DNA of 64,000 nucleotides from Eledone cirrhosa (lineage: Eukaryota), in contig OZ024749.1 of the NCBI GenBank assembly GCA_964016885.1, positions 42,284,001 to 42,348,000 on the forward strand. Reading direction: 5' to 3'. Positions 38,901 to 53,430 of this stretch are shown in pieces. Position 1 is the stretch's first letter. The number at the start of each line of letters is the position of its first letter. Below the pieces are notes generated by a model that saw nothing but the letters and a program-made list of their open reading frames with translations, was not told where the DNA came from and made no database searches. A program made the position numbers and the translations under genes.

Positions 38901-39364
38901 ATATATACATATATATCATCATCATCATCATTTAACGTCCATCTTCCATGCCAGCATGGGTCTGGACAGGAATTGTCCCACTTGAGGCAAGATTGGTTGT
39001 CTTGCTCAGGACTGTCTAGCAGGTCTTCTACGGCTGGATGCCCTTCCTAACACCAACCATGTTTACAGTGTGGACTGGGAACTTTTTACCGTGTTACCTA
39101 CACGGCCACATTACAGCCTGGACTGTGTGTTTTTTTGTCGTGACACCTACACGACCTCATTTATTTAGGACTGGATGTTGTGGTACCAACATAACTTTAC
39201 ATCGAGAGGGGTGGTGTTGATGGGGGTGGGGGTAGGCGGTAGTGGGACGGGGGTGTATTTTTGGTCCCACTACATATATATATATATAAAAGAACGGACG
39301 AGGTGTCAAATTTTCAGGTGTGACACACGTTTTGCTATTGATCAGCTTAATGATGGAATGATTC

Positions 39365-39442
39365 CCGTAGGAAAGCCTTGATGATTTCTTTTGAATGAAA
39401 CAGCTCTAGTCCTGTAGAAGACATTTCTATATTAAATTTGAC
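39365..39442 (+). mobile_element. Family B pLTR-like copy
   Basis: GTAGGAAAGCC-TTGATGA-TTTCTTTTGAAT-GAAA-CAGCTC-TAGTCCTGTAG. Confidence 0.6.
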
Positions 39443-39446
39443 ACAT

Positions 39447-39477
<31 letters not shown>

Positions 39478-39573
39478 CAGGGTGTCCCAAAAAATGTATA
39501 TGCATGTTGATTACCTGTACAGACAATATTTATTAGAATGTTGTTGAACTGTGTTTACATTTTTTGGGACACT
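39478..39573. mobile_element. mariner-type MITE (M1)
   Basis: TA|CAGGGTGTCCCAAAAAATGTA...TACATTTTTTGGGACAC. Confidence 0.75.
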
Positions 39574-39629
<56 letters not shown>

Positions 39630-39634
39630 TATAG

Positions 39635-39787
39635 TCAAAGGAAATCATCAGGAAAGCTTTCCTAATGATTTCCTTTGAATGAAACAGTTCTAGTCCTGTC
39701 GAAGCCATTTCTATATTTAAAATTTATACTCTGCTATGTATTGAGTACCTTACTTACTGAGTTTACCCTCAATTGAACCTGGGATAC
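39635..39787. mobile_element. Family B copy with short 5' fold-back
   Basis: TCAAAGGAAATCATCAGGAAAG|CTTTCCTAATGATTTCCTTTGA palindrome, then the family B body. Confidence 0.7.
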
Positions 39788-39798
39788 ACATATATATA

Positions 39799-39850
<52 letters not shown>

Positions 39851-40372
39851 TATATTTTCACATATATTTACCTAAACTGCGATTCTGTTTTTTTCTCTCT
39901 CTCTCTCTTACTGCTCCCTCGCTCTCTCTGTTTCTCCTACTTTCTTTCGCCCCCTCTGTCATGTCAGTTAACTCTTCCTCACACTTCCACTCACTCACTC
40001 ACTGTTTCTCCTCTTCTCACTTCACCCCGTTCGCGACGAAATCATTTTCTCTCTTTCTCACATTTGAATTCGCTCCTGAAAGGTCTTTTTTCTAAGCGCT
40101 CATATATTCACCTAGCTTATGCTAACAGAATAACTATGAAGCTTGTTCCCTTCCTTCTACGGTTAGCTATCCTCTTTGTTGTTATCTTGTTTCACTCGCT
40201 TTACGCGTTTTAATTGTCCTAATAACTTAATTTAGTTATTATTGCACCGACGTGAGGTATATGATTTTTAATGCAATGAAATATCTATGATCGTCAGCAA
40301 ATCACTGATGAGGGACTTATTTTATTACATGTTATCCATGTGCAACCAGCAGTATTCTTCTCCCCATTTTTT

Positions 40373-40414
<42 letters not shown>

Positions 40415-40423
40415 TATATATAT

Positions 40424-40735
40424 GGAGATGCAATCGAAAGGTTGTGAGTTCAATTCTCAGACCGGGTGATGTGTTGTTTCCTTGAACAAGACACTTTATT
40501 TCACATTGCTCCAGTTTACTCAGCTGTAGAAATGAGATGATAGAGACTGGGGTTCCTATCATTCCACTACAAAGTGGTCGTGGAGGTGCCACGGGAAAAA
40601 AGCACCCAGCACTCACTGTAAATGAGGTTGGTGTTAGGAAGGGCATCCAGCTGTAGAAATCAAGCCAGAATCAGTTCCCGTCCCACCCTTGCAAGCAGGG
40701 AAAAAGCAGACGTAAAATGAAATGATGATGATGAT
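40424..40735 (+). mobile_element. CORE-like SINE S1, 5' end deleted
   Basis: Highly similar to 62031-62372. Confidence 0.9.
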
Positions 40736-41356
40736 ATATATATATCATCATCATCATCATCATCATGCAGATTAGGTGCTGTCAAATGTCAATTCAATAC
40801 GATGCAGTAGAGTTATAGTAGAAATAACCCATTAACCCATTAACACATTCACTTAGATCATCAGATCAATGTTTGTTCTGGAATCATCCATTGAAAGTCA
40901 GGAATTACAGATTAGTAGAGTGTCAAGTTGGAACTACTCATACATGAATGTACCATTAGTTTCAGATGGTAGCTGTTGAAGTGGTGGTAGTAGTGGTGAT
41001 GTTTGGTGGTGGTGGTGGTGGCGGTGGGGGGGGGGGGGGTAGTGGTAGTAGTGGTGATGGTGGTGGTGATGGAGGTTGTTGAGGTGGTGGTGGTGGTGGT
41101 TGTTGTTGTTGTTGTGGTGTGGTGGTGGTGGTAGATGAGGTGCGAGTGGTGGTAGCAGTGGTGGTGGTGGTGGTGGTGGTGATAATAATGACAATGTTGG
41201 TGATAGAGGTGGTGGTGTAGGTGGAGGATGTGGTGAGAGTACCTGGACTGTTGTTGCTGATTTTGCATCTTGTTGATGTGTTTAAGTACACACACGTGTA
41301 TATATATATATATATATACACACATACATACAGACATATATATATATACATATTCA

Positions 41357-41400
<44 letters not shown>

Positions 41401-41429
41401 CATATATATATATATATATACATACAGAC

Positions 41430-41460
<31 letters not shown>

Positions 41461-41548
41461 CAGACATATATATATATATACATACAGACATATATATATA
41501 TATATATACATACAGACATATATATATATATATATATATACATATTCA

Positions 41549-41586
<38 letters not shown>

Positions 41587-42134
41587 CAGACATATATATA
41601 TATATATATACATACAGACATATATATATATACATACAGACATATATATATATACATACAGACATATATATATATATATACATACAGACATATATATATA
41701 TATATACATACAGGCATATATATATATATATATATATATACATACAGACATATATATATATATATATATACATACAGACATATATATATATACATACAGA
41801 CATACATATACATACTTACATACATATATACATACATACATATATACATACATACATACATATATACATATATATATACATATATACATACATATATACA
41901 TATATATATATACATACATATATACATATATATATATACATACATATATACATATATATATATACATACATATATACATATATATATATACATACATATA
42001 TATACATATATATATATATACATACATACATATATACATATATACATATATATATATATACATACATATATACATATATATATATATACATACATATATA
42101 CATATATATATATATACATACATATATACATATA

Positions 42135-42212
<78 letters not shown>

Positions 42213-42239
42213 CATACACACACACACACACACGTATAA

Positions 42240-42290
<51 letters not shown>

Positions 42291-42555
42291 CATATTCATG
42301 AGATGACGAAGGACCGTGACAAGTGGAGAGATGCTGTGCTAAATAGGACCCGTCCCACCATTGCAAGCAGGGAAAAACGGACGTAAAATGATGATGATGA
42401 TGATTCATGTGTGTATGCTTGCATGCACTCATGCACACATAAATATTATTGAACTATTAGAGTGTCAATATGGCATATGTTATTGAATAAATATGTAAAC
42501 AATGTCATTAATATGCTTAATAAACATATTTATTCATGGTTATATCTCCATATCT

Positions 42556-42588
<33 letters not shown>

Positions 42589-42621
42589 CATGCTAGCGTG
42601 GAAGATGGACATTAAATGATG

Positions 42622-42654
<33 letters not shown>

Positions 42655-42655
<1 letters not shown>

Positions 42656-42989
42656 TATGTAAATGTGCGTGAACGACCCAGCATAAATGTGTTGAGAGAG
42701 AAACTGTGTCTGAGAGGGATAGAATGTAGTGTACGGGAGAGGAGACTGAGGTGGTATGGACATGTGATGCGCATGGAGGATGACCGATGGGTGAAGAAGT
42801 GCCAGGAAATGCCAGTTGAAGGAAGACGTGGTAGAGGTAGACCACGAAAAACATGGGCGGAGGTGGTGAGAACAGACCTCAGATCATTGAAGCTCACGGT
42901 GGAGATGACGAGGGACCGTGACGAGTGGAGAGATGCTGTGCTGAATAAGACCCGTCCCACCCTTGCAAGCAGGGAAAAGCGGACGTAAA

Positions 42990-43031
<42 letters not shown>
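42655..43031 (+). mobile_element. RTE-clade LINE, 5'-truncated, open C-terminal ORF 42665-42988
   Basis: RERRLRWYGHVMRM...EGRRGRGRPRKTW is the characteristic RTE post-RT C-terminus; (TGA)n tail. Confidence 0.92.
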
Positions 43032-43033
<2 letters not shown>

Positions 43034-43095
43034 ATATATATATATATATATGTGTGCTATGAAAAGCACAAACACATGCATACACAGGCACACAG

Positions 43096-43196
<101 letters not shown>

Positions 43197-43304
43197 CATG
43201 CATGTGTGTGTGTTGTGTTTGTGAGTATTTATTTATTCATAAATAATTCTGCAGCCATTAATGCTGAACTGTCAACCTTGTACTGTTATGAATAATTAAC
43301 TGTG

Positions 43305-44000
43305 TTTATAACCTTTGCCATCACTACCCTATGTCCTTGACATGATAACCTGTCATCACTACATGATGTCTTTGACATGATAACCTCTGCCATTACTACA
43401 CTATGTCCTTGACACAATAACCTTTGTCACTATAACCTCTGCCATCACTACACTATGTCTTTGACATGATAACCTCTGTCATCACTACATGATGTCTTTG
43501 ACACTATAACCTCTGTCATCAATACACTGTGTCCTTGACACAATAACCTCTGTCATCATTACACAGTACCAGATGATGTCCTTAATGTGATAACCTCTGT
43601 TATCACAAACAGTGTATTTAATTGTGACGACCTCTGTCATTACCACAGACATGTCATGACTCCATAATGTCCTTGGTGTGATAACCTTTGTCATCACTAG
43701 ACAGTATATTGACTGTGTGATAATCTCTGTCACTCCCCACCCCTCATGTCCTTGACATAACTTCTGTCATCACAAAGAAGTGTCCTTGGCATTTTAACCT
43801 CTGCAATCTCCACACATTGTCTTCAACTCTATAACCTTTGTGATAACTTCTGTCATCACCAGGCAGAATATTTCAATGTGGCAACTCCTGTCACCATCAC
43901 ACAGTCTCATTGACATGTTAACCCCTGTCCCTACTTGTTAATATATTTGATTTGATTGTGTGATAACCTCTGCACAATGTCCTTGAAAGGATAACCTCTG
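43305..44000. repeat. Old degenerate ~38-40-bp minisatellite
   Basis: Recurrent ATAACCTCTGTCATCAC...TGTCCTTGAC. Confidence 0.85.
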
Positions 44001-44122
44001 CGTAGAGTAAGTAATGTGAAACGAAGCATCTTGCTCAAGGCCAACACACTATCCAGTCAAAAATCAAATTTACATCATCTTCCTGACATTTGTACATTAT
44101 TTTACATACTATAATAATAATA

Positions 44123-44308
44123 ATTGTTTCTACTTTTGGCACAAGGCCAGCAATTACCTAGTGCATTACTGGTACTTTATTTTATCGACCCCATAAGAAT
44201 GAAAGGTAAAGTTAACCTCGGCGGGATTTGAACTCAGAATGGCAAGGGCCGTAACTCTATCCGTCAAAGCATGGCATCCAGCCCTCTACCGATACTGCCA
44301 ATCCACAA
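44123..44308 (-). mobile_element. S2 SINE copy
   Basis: Matches 58865-59051. Confidence 0.9.
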
Positions 44309-44321
44309 TAATAATAATATA

Positions 44322-44484
44322 ATGAAATTATTGTGTACAGTGCTCAGGTGCACTACAACTCATCAAAGGTGCATGTATAGTACAGAGAATAATATACAAA
44401 TGTCAGGAAAATGAACAGTGTACGAGATACATGGACCTTTGATGAGTTGTAGTGCACCTGAACACTGTACACAATGATTTTCAT
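44322..44484. mobile_element. CR1 3' tail with an inverted duplicate (~57-bp arms)
   Basis: 44322-44378 is the reverse complement of 44427-44484. Confidence 0.85.
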
Positions 44485-44605
44485 CATCATGATTATAAGC
44501 CAAACACCCTAACCACTCAGCTACATGACTTAACTATAATAATATGTTTTGTGTTATTTTATTGTGTGTTAATTGTGTAGAGAATGTATTGTATTAACTT
44601 ATTAA

Positions 44606-44783
44606 CCCTTTAGCATTTACATTACTCTCTATATATACTATTGTATTTTGTGGTAAAGGCTTTATTTCATATAATTATCTCACATAATATCAAATCTATG
44701 AGATTTTGATGTTATTTATTTTGAGAACAATAGCTTAACGTGAGTATGAGTGTCCCGTTATGGCCAGTTTACATGCTAAAGGG
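44606..44783 (-). mobile_element. piggyBac-type MITE (P1)
   Basis: TTAA|CCCTTTAGCAT...ATGCTAAAGGG|TTAA. Confidence 0.85.
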
Positions 44784-45295
44784 TTAACAGGAAAATCTCA
44801 AGAAAATATTGAAAAATAGGGGTGAAATGTTGTGAAAATAGTGATCAAATATGGGATAAATGTTGGGGAAATATTCAGAAAATAATGGAAAGTATTGAAA
44901 TACGATGGTAGACTATTGGCAAATTATTAAGAGAATATAGGAAAATTCTGAAATATGATGGTAGACTATTGGGAAGTTATTAAGAGGAGAACATAGAGAA
45001 AATATTGGAAAAATATTGAAATATTAATGGAAATCTGTGAAAAATAATTTTTAAGAAAGACTGAAAAAATATTTGAAAATAATTTGAAATATTAAGAAAG
45101 ATAGCAAGAAAGATTAAGATGAAAAATAATAATAATAAAAAATAATAATAAAATAAAAATACATGGATTTTGGAAGTTAGCTCTTTTCATTGCTATATTT
45201 TTAATGAAAAATACTGTCGCTGAATTTTAAAGTAATTTTGAAAATACTCAAGAATTTGGAGGTATTTAGTAAAATATTAACTTTTTCATTATTAA

Positions 45296-45513
45296 CCCTT
45301 TAGCATTTAAACTGGCCATATCAGACCAGAATTCTCTCACCTCTTTCTGTTCAAACTGGCCATAACTGGCTGCTCATACTGATGTTAAGGTAGTGTTCTC
45401 AAAATAAATAATATCAAAATCTCATAGTATCGATATTATATGAGAAAATGTGAAGTAAAGCCTTTACTATAAAAATACAATAGTAAATATAGAGTAATGT
45501 AAATACTAAAAGA
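45296..45513 (+). mobile_element. piggyBac-type MITE (P1) nested in a second repeat family
   Basis: TTAA flanks; the host flanks are contiguous in the paralog at ~46140-46205. Confidence 0.8.
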
Positions 45514-47189
45514 TTAAGTTGGTGTTTGAAACAGAACTTGATGGTTCTTACATAAAATCATGACAGAAGGTTTATAGATGAATATAAATATTTAAAAATA
45601 AACAGATTAGGAGCTCCCTCACACATCTCGCCTATGGGATTATCTTCTAGTTTGTTGCTTTCCTGACTACAACAATTTGTAAAAATTCAAAAGCAGCATG
45701 AATCGTTGTCATCTCTCTCTCTCCTTGAATTATGTTCTCTCTGTCTTGTCCTCCCTTCTCATAACACCTTGTATTTTTACAGGTTTGGGACATAACTTAA
45801 TCAAATTTCTTGCAGCAAATTATGAAGGATGGTTTGTACATTATTCTATGTACTATACATGCACCTTTGATGAGTTGTAGTGCACCTGAGCACTGTACAC
45901 AATAATTTTGATTATTAAGGTTAACTTTGCCTTTCATCCTTACGGGGTCGATAAAATAAAGTACCAGTAATGTACTGGGTAATTTGCTGGCCTTGTGCCA
46001 AAAGTAGAAATAATTATTAGTTATAAACATTTTGAGCCTTTTGTTACCATATTTCTGATAAAAGATACTACAAAGATTTTCAAATAATTTTGAAAATAAT
46101 CAAAAATTTAGAAGGATGTCACAATTTCACAATAATATAACTAACTTTCTCATTATCAAACTGGTATTTGTAACATAACATAACAAAGGTTCTTACATAA
46201 AATTTATGCTGGAAGGGTTTTAGATAAATACAAACAGTTTAAAATAAATAGCTTTGAATCATGGAAGCAGGGGCAAGTTGCAGGTGGTTTTTGGTTTCTA
46301 AAAGGATAATAAGTGAAATATTGATAGAACAGAAATCAATGTTACCTGAATATTGTTGCCTGTCTTCTAAAGAATGGTCTTTTATAATGGTTCTGTTTTT
46401 ACAGGTTAACATTTATATGACATAACTTTACAATAGAATAACACAATGGTGCCATTATATTGAGCTGAGAAGACTGTCTGTTAGTCTGGATTTAGCTTTG
46501 ATTTCTTCTTCTTCTAGATAAATAGATAGATAAATATATATATATATATAGATAGATAGATATATAGACAGATAGATAAATAATGAGAGAGTGAGAGTGG
46601 GGATGGTAATAGATAGATAGAGAGGGAGAGAGAAAAATGGATAGATAGACAGAAATAGACTGAAATTAATAGATAAACAGATAGATAGATAGATAGCGAG
46701 ATAGATAGACTGATCATGTGACCACTGTGATACAATAGACAATAGCTTCTCAGTAACACAACCCCCACCTCGACACCATCATCATCATCATCACCAACAC
46801 AACTCTGAAACCCACACACCACACCACAACTACAATCCCCTCCCTCCACACTGCAACCAAAGCAGCACATCACCACTATAAACATGACCACAACCACCAC
46901 CACCAACCCTGCTAAAACTACCACAATCACCAACACCACCACCAATGGAAACAGTATTTCCTTGATTTGATCACGACGATCCACATCCTTTCCTGTCTGA
47001 GTTCGCCGCCACCACCGCCACCACCACCACCACCACCGCTGTATAAGATGACATCATCATCAACTTCCACACTAGAATGGTAGGAGGGGCTGTCCCTTTG
47101 TGGGGCATCAGGTCGGGAGACCATGATTCTTCCACACACAACTGATTTTGGCTTGGTTTCTATGGCTGGATGCCCTTCCTAATGCCAAC

Positions 47190-50147
47190 TACATTTACAG
47201 TGTGGACTGGGTGCTTTTTGTTGTGATGCCTGCATGACCACTTTACAGTGTGGACTGGGTGCCTTTTGTTGTGATGCCTGCATGACCACTTTACAGTGTG
47301 GACTGGGTGCTTTTTGTTGTGATGCCTGCATGACCACTTTACAGTGTGGACTGGGTGCTTTTTGTTGTGATGCCTGCATGACCACTTTACAGTGTGGACT
47401 GGGTACTTTTTGTTGTGACACCTACATGATCACTTTACAGTGTGGACTGGGTACTTTTTGTTGTGACGCCTGCATGACCACTTTACAGTGTGGTCTGGGT
47501 GCTTTTTGTTGTGACGCCTGCATGACCACTTTACAGTGTGGACTGGGTGCTTTTTGTTGTGATGCCTGCATGACCACTTTACAGTGTGGACTGGGTGCTT
47601 TTTGTTGTGATGCCTGCATGACCACTTTACAGTGTGGACTGGGTACTTTTTGTTGTGACACCTACATGATCACTTTACAGTGTGGACTGGGTACTTTTTG
47701 TTGTGACACCTACATGATCACTTTACAGTGTGGACTGGGTGCTTTTTGTTGTGACACCTACATGATCACTTTACAGTGTGGACTGGGTACTTTTTGTTGT
47801 GACACCTACATGACCACTTTACAGTGTGGACTGGGTGCTTTTTGTTGTGACGCCTGCATGACCACTTTACAGTGTGGACTGGGTGCTTTTTGTTGTGATG
47901 CCTGCATGACCACTTTACAGTGTGGACTGGGTGCTTTTTGTTGTGACGCCTGCATGACCACTTTACAGTGTGGACTGGGTGCTTTTTGTTGTGACGCCTG
48001 CATGACCACTTTACAGTGTGGACTGGGTGCTTTTTGTTGTGACGCCTGCATGACCACTTTACAGTGTGGACTGGGTGCTTTTTGTTGTGACGCCTGCATG
48101 ACCACTTTACAGTGTGGACTGGGTGCTTTTTGTTGTGATGCCTGCATGACCACTTTACAGTGTGGACTGGGTGCTTTTTGTTGTGACGCCTGCATGACCA
48201 CTTTACAGTGTGGACTGGGTGCTTTTTGTTGTGATGCCTGCATGACCACTTTACAGTGTGGACTGGGTACTTTTTGTTGTGACACCTACATGATCACTTT
48301 ACAGTGTGGACTGGGTGCTTTTTGTTGTGACGCCTGCATGACCACTTTACAGTGTGGACTGGGTGCTTTTTGTTGTGACACCTACATGACCACTTTACAG
48401 TGTGGACTGGGTGCTTTTTGTTGTGACGCCTGCATGACCACTTTACAGTGTGGACTGGGTGCTTTTTGTTGTGACGCCTGCATGACCACTTTACAGTGTG
48501 GTCTGGGTGCTTTTTGTTGTGACACCTACATGACCACTTTACAGTGTGGACTGGGTGCTTTTTGTTGTGATGCCTGCATGACCACTTTACAGTGTGGACT
48601 GGGTACTTTTTGTTGTGACACCTACATGATCACTTTACAGTGTGGACTGGGTGCTTTTTGTTGTGACGCCTGCATGACCACTTTACAGTGTGGACTGGGT
48701 GCTTTTTGTTGTGATGCCTGCATGACCACTTTACAGTGTGGACTGGGTACTTTTTGTTGTGACACCTACATGACCACTTTACAGTGTGGACTGGGTGCTT
48801 TTTGTTGTGACGCCTGCATGACCACTTTACAGTGTGGTCTGGGTGCTTTTTGTTGTGATGCCTGCATGACCACTTTACAGTGTGGACTGGGTGCTTTTTG
48901 TTGTGATGCCTGCATGACCACTTTACAGTGTGGTCTGGGTGCTTTTTGTTGTGACACCTACATGACCACTTTACAGTGTGGTCTGGGTGCTTTTTGTTGC
49001 GACACCTGCATGACCACTTTACAGTGTGGTCTGGGTGCTTTTTGTTGTGGCACCTACATGACCACTTTACAGTGTGGACTGGGTGCTTTTTGTTGTGATA
49101 CCTACATGACCACTTTACAGTGTGGACTGGGTGCTTTTTGTTGTGACGCCTGCATGACCACTTTACAGTGTGGACTGGGTGCTTTTTGTTGTGATGCCTG
49201 CATGACCACTTTACAGTGTGGACTGGGTACTTTTTGTTGTGACACCTACATGACCACTTTACAGTGTGGACTGGGTGCTTTTTGTTGTGACGCCTGCATG
49301 ACCACTTTACAGTGTGGACTGGGTGCTTTTTGTTGTGATGCCTGCATGACCACTTTACAGTGTGGACTGGGTACTTTTTGTTGTGACACCTACATGACCA
49401 CTTTACAGTGTGGACTGGGTGCTTTTTGTTGTGATGCCTGCATGACCACTTTACAGTGTGGTCTGGGTGCTTTTTGTTGTGATGCCTGCATGACCACTTT
49501 ACAGTGTGGATTGGGTGCTTTTTGTTGTGATGCCTGCATGACCACTTTACAGTGTGGTCTGGGTGCTTTTTGTTGTGACACCTACATGACCACTTTACAG
49601 TGTGGTCTGGGTGCTTTTTGTTGCGACACCTGCATGACCACTTTACAGTGTGGATTGGGTGCTTTTTGTTGTGACACCTACATGACCACTTTACAGTGTG
49701 GTCTGGGTGCTTTTTGTTGCGACACCTGCATGACCACTTTACAGTGTGGACTGGGTGCTTTTTGTTGTGATACCTACATGACCACTTTACAGTGTGGACT
49801 GGGTGCTTTTTGTTGTGATGCCTGCATGACCACTTTACAGTGTGGTCTGGGTGCTTTTTGTTGTGACACCTACATGACCACTTTACAGTGTGGTCTGGGT
49901 GCTTTTTGTTGTGATGCCTGCATGACCACTTTACAGTGTGGACTGGGTGCTTTTTGTTGTGATGCCTGCATGACCACTTTACAGTGTGGTCTGGGTGCTT
50001 TTTGTTGTGACACCTACATGACCACTTTACAGTGTGGTCTGGGTGCTTTTTGTTGTGATGCCTGCATGACCACTTTACAGTGTGGACTGGGTGCTTTTTG
50101 TTGTGACACCTACATGATCACTTTACAGTGTGGACTGGGTGCTTTTT
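47190..50147. repeat. 48-bp minisatellite, ~61 copies, SINE-derived
   Basis: Unit ACCACTTTACAGTGTGGACTGGGTGCTTTTTGTTGTGATGCCTGCATG, continuous with SINE sequence at 47143-47190. Confidence 0.97.
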
Positions 50148-50906
50148 GACAGGTATATAATATAAAAGGTCTAGGATCATTTGTATGCTACCTAATCATT
50201 ATTATGACATCTTTATTCATTATTGTATTGTATATATTTTATTATGTTTTGTGTAATTAAAATAAATGAGCAAAGTATACAACATTTTTTTGTTGATGCA
50301 CCCCCACCTCAGTATGTCACTGGTACCAGTCATGTACTGGAGTCGTTATGATCTATTCTCATAAATTAGCACCGCCACCATCTTTGTTGTCATGGTCACC
50401 ATAATTTACTTCCAGTACAGGTTTTAATGTTTACATTTGTCAGCTAGGTGTTCCCTGATTGCCAGCTATCACCATGGCAACAACCAGCCATCCATAGATG
50501 TATGGTATATATATATATATATGTGTCTTTCTTTATATCTAATCCATCATACACCACCATCATCACCATCACCACTATCATCACCACCATCATCACCACC
50601 GGCACTACCACCACCACCACCACCACCACCACCACCATCACCACTACCTTCACCACACTATAAGGTGGTCATTTTGGTGCCATGATAAAAAGCACCTCGT
50701 TCACACTGTAAATGTGGTTGGCATTAGAAAGAGCATCCAACTGTAGAAACTAGGCCAGCATGAGTACTGTGTGAGTACGACACGGTCATCTGACCTGGCT
50801 TGTCTCACAACAGGACAACTTGTCTAATCCATGCTAGTGTGGAAAACTGGACGTTAAATGGTGATGGTGATGATACAATATGTTTATGTATAATAAACAT
50901 ATCAGC

Positions 50907-50949
<43 letters not shown>

Positions 50950-51156
50950 TTTCTTTATTAACCACAAGGGTTTACATAAAGTAGACATTAAGGACAGTGC
51001 AGGACAATGCAGGACGGTACAAATGGGCATTTCTGCGTGTAAAAAACAAAAACAGAGGATGTAACAAAAATAACAATGAAAAATTCCCCAATAGGGGGGA
51101 GACTTCGGAGGGACATTTGTGGAGAAAGCCCAGTAAAAAGCCACAATGACCCTGAC

Positions 51157-51418
51157 ATGAAATTATTGTGTACAGTGCTCAGGTGCACTACAACTTATCA
51201 AAGGTGCATATATAGTACATAGAATAATGTACAAATGTCAGGAAAGTGAACAGTGTATGAGTCATGATATACATGTGTGCGAGTGTATGAAGGGGTGATA
51301 CCATGTGAGGTGTTGGCGAATCTCAGGAAGCATGAAGGTTTTAAAGGATGCAGTGTCTCGACAGCTAACAACTGATGCAGGTAGTTAGTTCCATGCTTCA
51401 GCAACTCTGAGCGTGAAC
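51157..51418 (-). mobile_element. CR1 LINE 3' fragment
   Basis: Single-unit homolog of 59075-60070. Confidence 0.85.
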
Positions 51419-51586
51419 AAATAACGAGCTAGTTATTTATTTTATTAATTTCTATAAAATGTTTTGATTATTTTCAAAATGAATTGAAACACATTTGCTA
51501 TGAATTTCATTAGAAGTATGGTTACAAAAGAGGTTAAGGCTCAATATTATCTTAGTCTCTGCTCCCACAATATAAGGGCTGAATGA

Positions 51587-51680
51587 TTAGGGTTAGGATT
51601 AGGGTTTGGGCTAAGGTGAAAGGTAGAGGTAGGGCTAAGGTAAGGGTTAGAGTTGGGGTTACTGTTAGAATTAGGTTTAG
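51587..51680 (+). repeat. Degenerate (TTAGGG)n-like tract
   Basis: TTAGGGTTAGGATTAGGGTTTGGGCTAAGG... Confidence 0.5.
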
Positions 51681-51821
51681 CAATAGTTAAATAAGGTTTT
51701 GATCAATCAACTAATGATTGGTTAGTAAATAACAACAACAATAATAACAATAACAACAACAACAGTAATTGCAGCAACAACAGAAAGAGCAACAATAGTA
51801 CACCTGATTTTATAGACCCTA

Positions 51822-51891
<70 letters not shown>

Positions 51892-52605
51892 CACATATAT
51901 ATGTTATGTTCAGATCGGTAGTCTACAAAGAGTAGGTGGGGCCAGAACACAATATTGACAATAGAATAAATAAAATTATATATATATATATGTATATATA
52001 TGATTAAAGTTGTACATAAATATATGTATATATGTGTGTGTGTGTGTACGGGAGGGGGGGGGGGGCATTTGTATACGTACGTATACACACATAAAAATAA
52101 TCTCATGAAAATATATAGTGGTTTTACCTGTTAGGGATCACATAGCTATGTGGTGGTGGTGGTGGTGGGTTATGTGGGTTGGTGTTGGTGGTGGTGGTGT
52201 TGGTGGTAGGATGGTTGTGGTGGTAGGATGGTTGTGGTGGTGATGGTTGTGATGGTGTTGATGGTTGTGGTGGAAGGATGGTGGTGTTGGTGTTGGTGGT
52301 GGTGTTGGTGGTAGGATGGTTGTGGTGGTAGGATGGTTGTAGTGGTGATGGTTGTGATGGTGTTGATGGTTGTGGTGGAAGGATGGTGGTGTTGGTGGTG
52401 TTGGTGGTGTTGGTGGTGATGGTGGTGGTGGTGGCAGAAAAGTGCATAAAAAGAACAAGAGATGAAAGAATGTGAAATAAAGAATTAAATACAAAAGAAA
52501 AAATATACAAAGGAAAGGACAAAAGTAAGAAAGGAAGATTATAAGAAAGAGAATAGAGAACTGCATTCAAAACTAGGAGGTCATATACATACGTACATAC
52601 AAACG

Positions 52606-52650
<45 letters not shown>

Positions 52651-52738
52651 GTAAGGAGGTTAGCAGGTCAACATGAAATATTTCTTTCTTCCCCTCTCTA
52701 TCTATCTATCTACCTATCTCCCTCTCTCAATCACACAC

Positions 52739-52804
<66 letters not shown>

Positions 52805-53002
52805 CGAGGGTCAACTGAAAAGTTCATAGGCTGATCAAGATACTCTCATGGAATGACCAAATGAGGTTTATTTTTCAACATAGTCCCTGGAAACAAACAA
52901 TGCAGATATTCATAAGAAGAGTTGAAATTCATGCATGCAAGGTTTCACAGCTCTAGCATCACTACTTCATAGTCAGACTATGAACCTTTCATCTGATCCT
53001 CG
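52805..53002 (+). mobile_element. mariner-type MITE (M2)
   Basis: TA|CGAGGGTCAACTGAAAAGTTCATAG...CTATGAACCTTTCATCTGATCCTCG|TA. Confidence 0.85.
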
Positions 53003-53042
53003 TATCTATCAATCTATCTACTCACACATATACATACATAAG

Positions 53043-53085
<43 letters not shown>

Positions 53086-53430
53086 ATTCCGAGATGAAAC
53101 AGATCAGTTAACCAGGTTTTGCTCATGTGTTCCCTATATGACATGGTCTCTGTGGCTGGATGTCTTTCCTAATGCCAACCACTTTACAGAGTGGACTGGG
53201 TGCATTGTTTATGGCACCAACACTACTACTTTGCTGCATAGGTGGCATGCATTTTATTGTGGCACCAGCACTGCAGATGAAATCTTATGCTTGGCCAAAC
53301 TGATGAGTTCTCTCTATATCTCTCTCTTTATATATAAATATATATATTTATATATATATAAAGAGAGAGAGAGAGAGATAAACAGATAGATAGACAGTCA
53401 GACAGACAGACAGACAGATACATAAATAGA

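Noticed and set aside
45783-45831. Possible exon encoding GLGHNLIKFLAANYEGW
   Set aside because: The donor GT lies at the junction with a CR1 fragment; no recognisable homology.
47234-50149. 971-aa Cys-rich ORF as a metallothionein- or keratin-like gene
   Set aside because: Entirely a 48-bp SINE-derived tandem repeat with no unique N- or C-terminus; kept only as a repeat finding.
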